Source: Octopus vulgaris
Taxonomy: Eukaryota
Assembly (NCBI GenBank): GCA_951406725.2
Contig: OX597828.1
Span: forward strand, 6,572,001-6,636,000
Direction: 5' to 3'
Length of the DNA stretch: 64,000 nt
The position numbers and the translations under genes were made by a program. Below, piece after piece: positions 1 to 13,009 of this stretch. The notes under the pieces are model-generated. The model had not been told where the DNA came from and did no database searches. It was given only the letters and a program-made list of their open reading frames with translations. How positions within the stretch are numbered: position 1 is the first letter of the stretch; each line of letters opens with the position of its first letter.

Positions 1-732
1 TACGTGGTTGCTTGACCAGCGGTAAATTTATAGCTATATCTCTCTCGGTTCACACCCTGCAGTCGTAAAGCTAAAAAGACGCATTGGATTAAGTGGTCGC
101 ATCCGACCTGGGGCTAAATTACAACAACAACTGCAACACAACAACAACAATACTCATATCTGCTCGGTCCTAGCTATGCATTCTTTGAATCACGTAAATC
201 ACATGAAATAAATGTATGAACGAATGTCTTCAATTTAACACCCTTTCAATTCTCCTCTGAGCGGCCAACTGACCTGCCGGCTTGGCTCTACATGCGTATT
301 AAAGGTGTCCGTACTTAAGACGTGACAAACTTATAATAGGTTACTACTGGCCATGTAATGGCTTCATAAACCACACACGTCAATTATTTACTTTCTTCGA
401 CAGCTAAAGCTATTAACGTTTCATGCTTCTTCCATCTTACCTATTTTCTACTTTCATTCGCATGCGTTTCACCTTCCGTCAGTAATCCCCGTCCACCTCC
501 TCATCCCCCTCCTTCTTCTTCTTCTTGATCACCATCATCATCATCATGTTTTTATTCACATATTTTCATGTCTTCTCACAATACCGCACATCATGTGTGC
601 GAGTGGGTGGTTGCAACCAATCCAATGTTCAACTGATTCTGCGTTTCAACGATGACCGAAGAAGGGAGGATCAGGAACTATAATTTCATTTTATTTCGCT
701 TGTTTGTCTTCTCCGCACAATTCCCATTCATC

Positions 733-915
733 GTCTTCTTCTTTTTCTTCTTCTTCTTTTTCTTCTTCTTCTTTTTCTTCTTCTTCTTTTTCTTCTTCTT
801 TTTCTTCTCCTTCTTTTTCTTCTTCTTCTTCTTTTTCTTCTTCTTTTTCTTCTTCTTTTTTTTTTCTTCTTTTTCTTCTTCTTTTTCTTATTCTCCTTCT
901 TCTTCTTCTTCTTCT

Positions 916-949
<34 letters not shown>

Positions 950-1537
950 TTTCTTCTTCTTCTTCTTTTTCTTCTTTTTCTTCTTCGCCTTCTTTTTCTT
1001 CTTCTTCCTCTTCTTCTTTTTCTTCTTCTTCTTCTTTTTCTTCTTTTTCTTCTTCGCCTTCTTTTTCTTCTTCTTTTTTGTCTTCTTTTTCTTCTTCTTT
1101 TTCTTCTTCTTCTTCTTTTTCTTCTTTTTTTCTTCTTTTTCTTCTTCGCCTTCTTTTTCTTCTTTTTTGTCTTCTTTTTCTTCTTCTTTTTCTTCTTCTT
1201 CTTCTTGGTCTTCTTCTTCTTCTTCGTCTTTTCATTCTTCTTCTTCGTCTTCTTCTTCTTTTCCTTCTTCTTCTTCTTTTTTTCTTCTTCTTCTTCTTCT
1301 TCTTCTTCGTTTTCTCCTCCTCCTCCTCTTTTTTTCTTCTTCTTCTTCTTCTTTTTCTTCTTCTTTTTCTTCTTCGCCTTCTTTTTTTTCTTCACCTTCT
1401 TTTTCTTCTTCTTCTTTGTCTTCTTCTTTTCCTTCTTCTTCTTCTTCTTCTTCTTCTTCTTCTTCTTCTTCTTCTTCTTCGTCTTCTTCTTCCCCGTCCT
1501 CCCCTCCTCCTCCTCCTCCTCCTCCTCTTCTTCTTCT
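733..1537. repeat. ~800-bp imperfect (TTC)n/(GAA)n polypyrimidine tract
   Basis: Almost continuous TTC units with TTTTTC, TCC and recurring 'ttcgcc' interruptions; it generates all the poly-F/S/L/K/E ORFs at 652-1751. Confidence 0.98.
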
Positions 1538-1544
1538 ATATTTA

Positions 1545-1750
1545 AATGGCAGAATCCTTAGAACGCCGGGCAAAATGCATAGTGACATTTCCTTCGTCTT
1601 TATGTTCAGTGTTCAAATTCCGCGAAGGTCGGCTTTGCCTGTCAACCTTTCGGGGTCGATGAAAGACGTACCAGTTGAACACTGGGGACGAAATGATCGA
1701 GTTGTTCTTTCCTTTGAAATTACTGGCCTTGTGCCAAAATTTTCAAACTA
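1545..1750 (+). mobile_element. SINE family A, diverged copy
   Basis: tggcagaatccttagaacgccgggcaaaatgc...gttcaaattccgcgaaggtcggctttgcc...cttttcggggtcgatgaaagacgtaccagttgaacactgggg; aligns by eye to the copies at 3115 and 59905. Confidence 0.85.
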
Positions 1751-2541
1751 ATATTACTCAGGTATGTCTGAATTTAATTATTTACATGTTTACCTAACTC
1801 ATGAGTATTAAATAAAAAACACACGATTATCTTTTAAAAGTTAGGACGTGTTTATTCTCTTCGAAATTGTTGTTGGGCATATTTCTTCTTTTATTGTTGA
1901 CATATTATAATAGCTAATATTATTTAAAAATTGTTAGACTCCATCGTTTTGGCTAGAGAAGTAGTATTGTCTGATGTGCGGAAAGTGGTGGGCCAAAGGA
2001 AAGTCACATATTCAAATACTGCAGCTGCAATATATGCAGCGATGAAAAGATGATATTAAGAATAACAATGTACTCCGACTTATATAATATTTGATCTACA
2101 CCTCTAATAGACTTGGGATTTCTGAACACTCATGTTAACACCCCCAAATAAGAAATGTTTGTAGTTTTACCAGCAAAGGCGTCCATAAAGAGATTATAAA
2201 GGTTTCACGTTGTACTGCAACTTATATAAAACTGACTATGAGAGCTGCAGCTAAATTTGTTTGCACTTGCGATTTACTGAGTGAATTACTTCTTTCTGGT
2301 CATCGATAGAGTCTCCTGATTTGTAAATATCGTTTAATCCCAGAAGCACCTGCAACAGCGGCTCTTTGATGATATTGAACAAATATTGTTGAGCGCAGGT
2401 ATAGCCCTCTTTTGCCAGGTAGTAGTTAACGATTTCTAGATTTACTTCTAGATTTACATGTATATATACATTTTTTTTAGATTATTGTTTCAAAAGTACG
2501 CTAAAAGTACAGCCCTCTCTTTCTTTCCTTCTACGTGTGTG

Positions 2542-2545
<4 letters not shown>

Positions 2546-2600
<55 letters not shown>

Positions 2601-2625
2601 TATACATATATATACATATAAGGTG

Positions 2626-2672
<47 letters not shown>
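2546..2672. repeat. (TA)n/(TG)n compound microsatellite (representative of dozens in the window)
   Basis: Direct reading. Similar arrays lie at ~7225-7378, 12060-12530, 27085-27250, 36115-36420, 37025-37220, 40230-40480, 42260-42570 and 48120-48560. Confidence 0.98.
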
Positions 2673-2674
<2 letters not shown>

Positions 2675-3056
2675 TCGTGTGTGCATGTATGTGTAAATAT
2701 ATACATATATATTGGTAACTGTGTGTATTCCAATGGGTGTGTATATGCGAACATATTACAACATATGTGCACATTCAGGTGTACGCGTGTTAGTAACAGG
2801 AATCGTCTTCATTTAAGCAATATTTCTTCTCCCGCTACTGCTGAACTGTAGATGGAAGATGGACATTATACCTCAATCAAGTGAGATTCTGCTATTAACT
2901 GTAGATTAAACTTCAGTTTTCCCACTCGAAACGCCTAAGAGCTACAACAATGTATAATAACGAAAATCAGATCTCGTTGCGGAAAAACGTGTGTGTTGCA
3001 ATCCTTTTATGCATTGATATGTTCGATCTGAGCTGACCCGGAGCTAGCCCACAATG

Positions 3057-3520
3057 GTTTCAAATTTTGCCAAAAGGTGAGCAATACTGCGGGGATGGTA
3101 TATGTTGATTAGAAAGGTGGCGAGCTGGCAGAAACGTTAGCACGCCGGGCGAAATGCTTAGCGGTATTTCGTCTGCGTTACGTTGTGAGTTCAAATTCCG
3201 CCGAGGTCGACTTTGCCTTTCATCCTTTCGGGGTCGATAAATTAAGTACCAGTTACGCATTGGGGTCGATGTAATCGACTTAATACCTATGTCTGTCCTT
3301 GTTTGTCCCCTCTGTGTTTAGCCCCTTGTGGGTAATAAAGAAATAGGTATATGTTGATTAGATTTACCTCAGTGTTCAGCTGGTACTTATTTTATTGGCC
3401 ACCGAATGGATGAAATGTAAAGTGTATCTCGGTGAAATTTGAACGCAGAGCGTAAAGGCAGACGAAATGTCGCTAAGTATTTCGCCCGACGTGCTAACGA
3501 TCCTGTCAGTTCGCCTTCTT
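3057..3520 (-). mobile_element. SINE family A, older copy interrupted by a younger copy
   Basis: Reverse-strand family A body (…ctggtacttattttat…ggatgaaatgtaaagtgtatctcggtgaaatttgaac…gtgctaacgatcctgtcagttcgcc), split at 3113/3346 by the + copy. Confidence 0.75.
3115..3345 (+). mobile_element. SINE family A, full-length, with 17-bp target-site duplication
   Basis: tRNA-like head with A box (tggcagaaacgttag) and B box (gagttcaaattcc), core gcctttcatcctttcggggtcgataaattaagtaccag, tail ending aaagaaata; TSD ggtatatgttgattaga at 3097-3113 and 3346-3362. Confidence 0.95.
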
Positions 3521-3539
3521 AACTATGAAAATAATATTA

Positions 3540-4145
3540 GCATAAGGCAAGCAATTACGGAGGAGGAGATAAGTCGATCAGATCGACACTGGCGTTCAGT
3601 TGGTACTTATTTTATCGACACCTAAAGGATGAAAGGCAAAGTCGAACTCGGCTGAATTTGAACACAGAAAGAGAAAACGAACAAAATACCGGTAAGCATT
3701 TTGTCCGGCGTGCTAACGCTTCTTATTTCTTATTTCTTTTTGCCCACAAGGGACTAAACATAGAAGGGACAAACAAGGACAGACAAAGAGCTTAAGTCGA
3801 TTACATAGACCCCAGTGCGTAACTGGTACTTAATTTATCGACCCCGAAAGGATGAAAGGCAAAGTTGTCCTCGGTGGAATTTGAACTCAGAACGTAACAG
3901 TAGACGAAATACCTATTTCTTCACTACCCACAAGGGGCCAAACACAGAGGGGACAAACAAGGATAGACAAACGGATTAAGTTGATTAGATCGTCCCCAGT
4001 ACCTAACTAGTGCTTAATTTATCGACCCCGAAAGGATGAAAGGCAAATTCGACCTCGGCGGAATTTGAACTCAGAACGTAACTGCAGACGAAATACCGCT
4101 AAGCTTTTCGCCCGGCGTGCTAACGCTTCTGCCACCACGCCGCCA
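3540..4145 (-). mobile_element. Three head-to-tail SINE family A copies (~3540-3723, 3724-3912, 3914-4145)
   Basis: Repeated reverse motifs ctggtacttaatttatcgaccccgaaaggatgaaaggcaaa and gaatttgaactcagaacgtaac. Confidence 0.9.
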
Positions 4146-4646
4146 TCCCAAGCGCTAGAGATAACTGGACTAATGCTACAAGAAACGCACTGCAGAAAAA
4201 TTCTAAAAGAATTCACAGTATTACTAGAACAAACTTTTCTTTATCCAGATGAAATCTTAGAAGAAATATCATACAAAATATAAACAAACTGTTTGATGTT
4301 GGTAATGAGCAGAAATTATTTGTTCAAATGAAATTAAATTTTTGTTTTTGGTAAAAACGGTGAGTTTTCTTTTAAATTACATGTGTGTGTGTGTGTGTAT
4401 TTGTTTAACTATACATAGGTACACATTTGCAATCAGACACATACATATATGTATGTGTGTGTATATGCATAAACGGTGAAATGGATTTTAAAATATGTAT
4501 GTTCGAATATACGTATGATGTATATATATACTTATATATATATATACAGAGAGAGAAAAAGAGAGACAGAGGTAGACAGAATTACATATATGTATGTGTT
4601 TTTTTTCTTTTTTCTTTTTTCTGTGTTTTCTTGTTTGGCTTAACTT

Positions 4647-4705
<59 letters not shown>

Positions 4706-4710
4706 GTATG

Positions 4711-4744
<34 letters not shown>

Positions 4745-4756
4745 TGTATCTATATA

Positions 4757-5163
4757 AATGCTCTTTTTTCCTCTTGCTTTACAAGAGATAAGACCTACTT
4801 CTGCCTGACTCTTGTCACAGCTCGTTTCTCCAGCGTTCACCATTTCACTTCGCTATGACTTAACAGCCCTCGCCGTTTGTTTTTACTGATTTGTTCTTAC
4901 TGTCCTGTTTCTGTTACCATTTTAACCCTCCGCAAAAATCCCAAATTTTATTTGATTTGCTTTGCTGGAAGGACTGTTTTAACCTTCGACCCGCGGAGTA
5001 GATAAAACAGGGAACATCTGATGAATGAATTGTTTTTTATGTTGCCTGTCTCGTTTCTCTATTTGTTTCTTTCGTTTTCCCCCATAAATTTCGTTTTCCA
5101 TGTTTTTTTCTTCTTCTATATTTTCGTTTTTATCTTGTTCATTTTTCTTGACGTCCTGTACCC
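4757..5163 (+). mobile_element. Short element between microsatellites with a CUGAUGA motif inside an 11-bp stem (pLTR-like, unclassified)
   Basis: Non-repetitive island bounded by (TATG)n and TA-rich repeats with a T-rich 3' half; acagggaacat (5007-5017) pairs with atgttgcctgt (5039-5049) around ctgatga. Confidence 0.4.
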
Positions 5164-5359
5164 ATATATACATGTTTACATGCATATATATGTACATATA
5201 TGTACATATATGTATATATGTGCATATGTATATTATTTATGATATTATATATATGTATATATATGTGTATGTGTGCGTGTGCGTATTACATGGAAAAAAT
5301 GCGAGCATGAAAAGTAATACTCTTAAGATTATAACCCTAGAAAAGTACAGGACAAGTTA

Positions 5360-5719
5360 TTACACCTGGAAAAGTATAGGAAAAAGTATTACTTCTAGTA
5401 ATGTAAAGAATAAGAAACTTTTTACTTAAAATATTGCAGCAAAGAATTCCAGTTCTTCTAATTTATCACTCTTTACAGATCTCATCTTTTAAATTTATTA
5501 TACAAATCTGCTCAGCTAATATGTAAGTTTGTCTAATTAGTCACTTTTTTTCTGTAATTAAGGCAGTAAATTACCCATATTCTACTAAAATAAGTATAAT
5601 GTTATTTGTAAACTATAATAAAATAAGTTTTAATATTCAAATTTTAATGTTAAGTAAAAAGTTTCTTATTCTTTACTTTACTAGAAGTAATAGCTTGTCC
5701 TATAATTTTACAGGTGTAA
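5360..5719. repeat. Foldback/MITE-like element with 70-bp inverted arms
   Basis: 5360-5429 versus the reverse complement of 5650-5719 match at 64/70 positions by eye. Confidence 0.85.
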
Positions 5720-6639
5720 GATAACATTTCAATTTTTCCATGTAAGTGATAATAATATTTCATTTTTTTTTTCATGCTTAATTTAAATATATGTTTTGAT
5801 TGAATTATCTGATGTTACCCATCTACACCAAATTAATGGCAGGGATTTTTACCATGTTGTTGGTTGCACAATGGCTCACCAAAGTTGCAAACAACAAGAC
5901 CCCAAAACCAACAGGCTCAACTTAAGTAACACAATTTTGCAATATTATGATTTCACAGGAATTCATTCGACGAAGAAAAATTTTCCAATGATTCCGGGAT
6001 TGAGGGGGACCCCCACCTCATTTTTGCCGAACCAAAATAAGGGATTTGCAGCATATTAGGAGGTCAGGGTACTTAATTCGACACAAATAATCAATTAAAA
6101 ACTTTTTTTAATTTTTTTAAAAGGTGCGAGTGTTAATATAGAAATTTACGATAATGTTGTTATTTAGGCTCAAATCAACCCTGATACTGCAAACCTATAA
6201 TCAAAGACATTCCAGCCTTGAGCAAGCCGTCTTTTTATGGATAATATAGGACATTGCATACAATGGGCATGTGATTTAGGTAGGGGCATACTTTAGCTGC
6301 TATTCTTAACGTAACGAACGACCAGGTAGAGGCTCTTCCATTGGTTCGATTGCGTGGTTGAGATATTTTTACATACATATGTAATATGTATATATATATA
6401 TATATATATATATCATCGGCAGAAGTTAGAGAATAAGTCAAAAGCTGAGAGTTTCGTGTATTGGCACGAATTTGTCCTTTGTCACGATGTAACTTCTGAC
6501 GAAGTAACTTCTAAAATACAAAATTTTGTCAAAAGCGTAAACCTTGTTCTATGTGACACATTCTACCAGTATCGGAAGTTTGAAAGTGCTTAGTTTTAAA
6601 AAAACTATGTAATCTATACTTCAAATTGAATAGAACCGA

Positions 6640-6755
6640 AATAGATGAAAGGCAAAGTCGACCCTGGCGAATTTGAACTCTGAACGTAAAAACAGACGAA
6701 ATACCTCTCAGCATTCCGCCCGGTACGCTAACGGTTCTGCCAACTCACCGCCTTA
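6640..6755 (-). mobile_element. SINE family A, 5' half
   Basis: gatgaaaggcaaagtcgaccctggcgaatttgaactctgaacgt…gctaacggttctgccaactcaccgcc. Confidence 0.85.
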
Positions 6756-7233
6756 GAACACAAACATTCATTTCAGATATATACTCCTTATTCTTATTTC
6801 TTAAGCGTTACTCCCTTACTTTCTCACTTACTGACATTAAATTTCGTAACATTTTATCTCATAACTGTTTTTTCTACTAATTTTTGTTCAATGCGACTAA
6901 CGATTCTGAATTCTTCATGCATTTTTTAATCATTTAAGCCCAAGAAAAGTATACTTTTAATTTAAAATTTTAAAATGTATGTTAATTGCAGATGAATATC
7001 TGTCTTACTACACCCCTTGAGCTCGCAGAGGAAACTTTTTTTTTCTTCTGAACCAAATCTCAATCTATTTATGCCAACGTGTAGCTGAGGAAGTGTCCTA
7101 TTTAAAACTATTAACAGTTTGCAATTTAGTTGGGAACTGAATTAGTGGTGAAGTTTGGAGGCTGCTGCGATTGACGAAATGGTGGACTTAATAATATATT
7201 CAACAACTACCGTAGTTGAATGACATATATATA

Positions 7234-7264
<31 letters not shown>

Positions 7265-7265
7265 G

Positions 7266-7303
<38 letters not shown>

Positions 7304-7307
7304 TATG

Positions 7308-7371
<64 letters not shown>

Positions 7372-7694
7372 GTGTATATCTTACACAACTCATTGCATTG
7401 AGACTTCAACATATAAATAATTATGCTCATTGTGTATATAACAAATCATTCGCTTTCATATATCCAATGGATATATATTTTACGTGCTGTTTATTTCGTT
7501 GGCCACACAAACATGAAGAGTTAAGTGAACAGGGCTTAAAGGGCCATAATAATCTACTGTGACAGATTTCTGTTCGACCGTCGACGTTTATATATATATG
7601 TATATATATATCTATATATATATATAGATAAATTTCCTCTATTTACATAATATTGAGGTCTCTTTCTTTCTTTTGTTATCTTACCGTTTTATCA

Positions 7695-7751
<57 letters not shown>

Positions 7752-8241
7752 CAAACACACACAAATATTCATCTAGATAAATATTATTGATATGATATAT
7801 ACGTGTGTCTGTATACGTATTTATACTTATACATATATTATATATACGTATATAGACATACATAAGCTTATATAGATATATAATATATAATATATATGTA
7901 CAACATGTGTGTATATACATACACAAACGCACGCAGACGTACACGTATTTGTAGAACTGTTAGGTTACCAGGCAAAAGTGAAAGACAACACGAACAATGA
8001 CGGCTTTGATGCCGTTGTGAACAAAAACGGAAACGTGGACGCACACAACTACACACAAGTAAATTTATATGCGTGCAACCGAGCTAATATTTATCTCTTT
8101 TATATGTTTGCGTTTATGCTTGTTCTGCCTCTTATGGGTTTAATCTTTATATGTGTGTGTGTGTTTTTGTGTTTGTGTATGTATGTATGTTTGTATGTAT
8201 GTATTCTTGTATGCATGTGTATGTAAGTATATATGTAAGTA

Positions 8242-8293
<52 letters not shown>

Positions 8294-8683
8294 TTTACAT
8301 ACACACACACATATATATAGGTGTGTATAAATATATATATATACATATATATACATAAGCATAGACACACAGATAGATATATATATACACACATGCACAC
8401 ACATACACACACGTACGCACACACACACACGTACGCACACACACACGCACACACGCACACACACATATATATATGTGGTGTCATATAATTAAACATATCG
8501 ATATAGGTAGCCGGAAAGAGAGAGAGTAAATATGTATTTATATGAGTGTGTTTGTGTGTGTGTTGTGTGTTGTGTGTTGTGTGTTGTGTGTGTGCGTCTT
8601 TGTTTGTGTGTGTGTGTGTGTGGGTATGTGTGTGTATGTGTGCCTCTGTGTGTGTGCATGTGCGTGTGTTTGTGTGTGTGTGT

Positions 8684-8715
<32 letters not shown>

Positions 8716-9424
8716 CTGCGCGTGTGTGTGTGTGCGTGTGTGTGTGCGTGTGTGTGTGCGTGTGTGATTGTATAAAAATCAGACGAAACTGTTTGAAATG
8801 TAACGGTGCAGAAATCAAATTTCCAAGAGATGGTAAAATTATGATTAATCAAAGGAAATATTGATAATTGCAGAAACCCTTTGATGATGTGTATAGAAAT
8901 ATAGAAATTACACATCGGATCATGTGATGGTGTATCTTTTAAGTTTTTCATACCAGCTTAGTAATTACACGCGAGTCATGTTTGTTTAGTTCGATTAGTA
9001 GGTGACGGGAGAATTTCTTGAGATAGGAAACGGCTGACCTCGACCTTCATTAATCTTCTCTGCCCTATCACCTTTACTACTGGACCTTCAAAGCAAGGGT
9101 AAAACAACCTGTTAAACCTCTTTTTTTTTTTCCGTGGGTCTATTCCCACAACAGATTTGCTTGATCCAACTGTGATCGACATAAGCGGAGCCGTTAGACT
9201 AATACTTCAGTTTTAGACTAATGAGTGAAATATCCCACCAAATCACACAGGATCTCTCTCATACTCTCGGCTAATTGCCTGTATAATTTATCTCACAGTT
9301 AAAGAGCCTATTTCTATTAACGTAATGGTTTTGGAAAATGCTCCATAATCCTTGAAGGGAAAGTCATAAAACTGTTCGAGAAATACAAAGTATAGAAATG
9401 AAAATTTAAATATTGCAAGATATA

Positions 9425-9830
9425 GTCGCATGCGTGACTGACCCGTAAGAAGCTTGCTTTCCCAACCACAATTTTCAGGGTTCGGTCCCACTGTGTGGTA
9501 CCGAGATCAAGTGTCTTTACTATAGCCTCAGGCCGACCGAAGACTTCTCAGTGGATCTGATAGACAGAAATTGAATGAAGCCCGTCCTATATGTGTGTGT
9601 GTATGTGTGTGTGGGTGTGTGTGTGCGTACGTCTTTGTGTTTGTGTTTATCCCCACCACCGCTTCACAACCGGTTCTGATGTATTTATGTCCCCTATCTT
9701 AGTGGTCCGGCAAAGATAAGTACCAGGCTTTAAAACAATAAGCACTAGACTGATTGCATTCGACTAAAAATTCTTCAAGGCAGTGCTCCAGCGTGGCCTC
9801 AGTCTAACGATAGAAACAAGTAAAAGATTT
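9425..9830 (+). mobile_element. SINE family B (internal microsatellite linker), diverged
   Basis: gcttgctttcccaaccaca…gggttcggtcccactgtg…aagtgtctttactatagcctcaggccgacc…aagcccgtc-(TG)n-…caaggcagtgctccagcgtggcc…gaaacaagtaaaag. Confidence 0.85.
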
Positions 9831-10545
9831 TTTAAAAAAACGAAAAAGACCTGAAAATACTAGTTTAAAATTTCTTGTTCAACCACAGATTAAATTAACA
9901 ATCTTTTGCATTTACTGAGGCACAAATAACGGTTAGAAAAGTAATTGATTATTGTTAGATCTCTATATTTTCAGTGGAGCCGTGTTGTAATTGCTTCTAT
10001 CTTCGGATTCTGCTTCATATTTGGGCGATAAACTGTATAAACCTGCTCAGACCTTCAACTTCAGTGGCGACGTTGATCCTCTTGTGTTCTCAGAAATAGT
10101 TTCCGTTTGCCGAAAATAGTTGTGGCTTTGGAGATCCTATCACTGGTCTCCTCTTTATTGTGTGTTGTCAAAAAAGATCTTGTCAACTAATCTATGTCCA
10201 TTTACAGTTGTCCGAACTGCTCAGCAATTTATTTCCAGGCCTGGCTGTGGCATGAGTCAATCTTCTTCCTCTGAGGCCGAATGTAATACAGCAGCACATA
10301 TTTGAAAAATAGCAATACAACTGTAATATCTCATCATTTTTAGTATTGACAAAGAAGTCATCAGCTAAAAGTAAATTCTTGAAGACCTTTGGAAATATTA
10401 AGACAACACGGTAGTGTTGTACAATTTACCACCAGCAAATAGTTCAATATACCGTATACTGATGCCCGAGATGGCACTCTGAAAAACGTCAGTCAGCATT
10501 ATAGAAAACAACATGCTACAGAGTTTAGATTGATAATGTTTAACT

Positions 10546-10975
10546 GGATCTTTTCGGTTTGAACGGCAATGTTTAACATAATTTCTAGGTAACTAAAAAA
10601 ATTTAAACTTCATATACTGGTAGAATGTGTTTATAAAACATCTTTTTCTCTTGGCTTTATTGAGAAAATTCTATAGTTTGTAAGATATTTGTTGTTTTTT
10701 TTCTTCAATTTCTGCAATTTCAACCAATCAGTGACGTCTATTGAGTTAAAAAGCATTCTGTGCCGTATGAATATGTCCCTCGTTTAAGAAACAGATTGGG
10801 TTTATTTACATTTGTGAAGAAAACAAGATACCCTTCCCCCACCTAACACTAACCCTAACTAACCCTAACCCTAAAAGAGATTGAAATGCAATAGATCTAT
10901 TCTAGGGTCATAATTATGGGTGACAATTTCATATGACACCGCTAGAAAAAACTGCCGTTCAAACCTAAAAGATCC
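10546..10975. mobile_element. 430-bp non-autonomous DNA transposon (MITE) with 23-bp TIRs and internal (TAACCC)n
   Basis: Left TIR ggatcttttcggtttgaacggca and right tgccgttcaaacctaaaagatcc (22/23 inverted); flanks gtttaact/gcttaacc match at 6/8 (probable 8-bp TSD); ctaacactaaccctaactaaccctaaccctaa at ~10843-10874. Confidence 0.9.
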
Positions 10976-11127
10976 GCTTAACCTTACTTGATGCCATTTT
11001 CTATTAGAATGCTCCATATGTTTCTATATCATATGGACAAATATATCCGAACATAGTGTATTTAGAACTACATTATTAAATCTATTTAGGACTACATTAT
11101 TATGTATGTAGGACTACATTATTTAAC

Positions 11128-11420
11128 TGAAGGCGCGTAGTTTAGTGGTCGTGAGTTCAATTCCCGGCGGCGCGTTGTGTCCTTGAGCAAGACACTTTAT
11201 TTCACGTTGCTCCAGTCCACTCAGCTGGCAAAAAAGAGTAGTACCTGCATTACAAAGGGTCAACCTTGTCACAGTCTGTGTCACGCTGAATCTCCCCGAG
11301 AACTACCTTAAGGGTACACGTGTTTGTGGAGTTCTCAGCCACTTCCACGTTAATTTCACGAGCAAGTTGTTCCGTTGATCGTATCAGCTGGGACCCTCGT
11401 CGTCGCAACCGACGGAGTGC
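11128..11420 (+). mobile_element. SINE family C
   Basis: Head ggcgcgtagtttagtggtcgtgagttcaattcccgg, core tgtgtccttgagcaagacactttatttcacgttgctccagtccactcagctgg. Confidence 0.85.
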
Positions 11421-12093
11421 TCCGTATTTAATCTATACGACTTTAACGATAGCAGAGTGTGATATAAGGGAAACTTCGTTGTTATTTCTAACTGTTCAAG
11501 TGATGCCGTAGACCACAGTAGATTCATATGCATGCTCTATCAGGTCAAACCTTACAGTGCATAATTATAAAAAAAAAAAAAACTATATAAAAAGCTGCAT
11601 TAAAAAAAAGCTATCTTTTCTGACACACTGAATCTATGGCTACATTAAATAATCAAATATTTCCTTTGTTAAGGTACTAGCGGTGAGAGATTAGACTGAT
11701 ATTTCTAATAGAGTCTACTGTATTTTAAAAATCTGTTATAGGAAAATGTGTGTGTAATGGCGCTCTTAAATTACAACAGACTAAGGATTTTGCAACATCT
11801 GGAAACATCTACTTGCTATAGCGATGTACTTATGGAAGATATAGTTGAAGCAGCCGAAGAAAAATTATGCGTCTATTACTTCAAGCGCACCACGTTGCCA
11901 GAGATAGTCGGAGACGCAGACTTCCAAACATGTTCGCTCCTTCTCTGCGCGTGACTGAATATTTAAGCACGCGTTCTGTCATTATTTGCTTTGATACGCA
12001 CCCACGCAGAAACACGTACGTACACACACACCTAACTAATACATAAAATTCATAAATACATATATACATACCAATATATATATATATGTATAC

Positions 12094-12189
<96 letters not shown>

Positions 12190-12231
12190 GTATGTATACA
12201 TATATACACATATATATATACATATATATAC

Positions 12232-12266
<35 letters not shown>

Positions 12267-12364
12267 CATATATATACATATATATATGTGTGTGTGTGTG
12301 TGTGTATACATATATACACATATATATAAATGTATGTCTATATAAATATATATATACATACATA

Positions 12365-12459
<95 letters not shown>

Positions 12460-12466
12460 TATATAT

Positions 12467-12515
<49 letters not shown>

Positions 12516-12963
12516 CATACACATACATATATATGCATACATACAGAAACGTGCTGCACACAGACATTCATGTATAAATATGTTCGTGTTACTCTGTATG
12601 TGTGTGTGTGTGTATTTATGTTTGTGAATGTATTATATTATTTTTTTGTCTTTTTTTGTTTAATTTCTATTTCAAGAGAATTGCATTATATCATGCAGCT
12701 GCAGTGAAAATAAAGCTACACAATAGTGGGTGGAGATGACAAGTAAGTTTCGCAACCTCCTCCTTTCACTCTTCTATGAACGCACGTGGGTGTAAGTACA
12801 TTATAATTTGCCTTCACCTGTGTACATTCTAATACACACACATAACAGACATGTGTCCACGCATACGCACTCATGCGTGCCAACATGAAAGCAAAGAGGC
12901 ACAAACAGTCGTACGCATCGAGTGTGTATATGTACATATGAGTGAGTACGTATATGTGGATAC

Positions 12964-13009
<46 letters not shown>

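Noticed and set aside
652-1751. Long ORFs (up to 297 aa) rich in F/S/L/K/E/R
   Set aside because: Translations of the TTC tract, open in most frames on both strands; no domain content.
6490-6520. Other CUGANGA matches (6497, 15311, 33695, 37545 minus, 57119)
   Set aside because: No paired stem II followed by GAAA and a UH site in register.
11881-12707. YI/CV/TH-repeat ORFs here and throughout the window
   Set aside because: Artefacts of stop-free (TA)n, (TG)n and (CA)n microsatellites.
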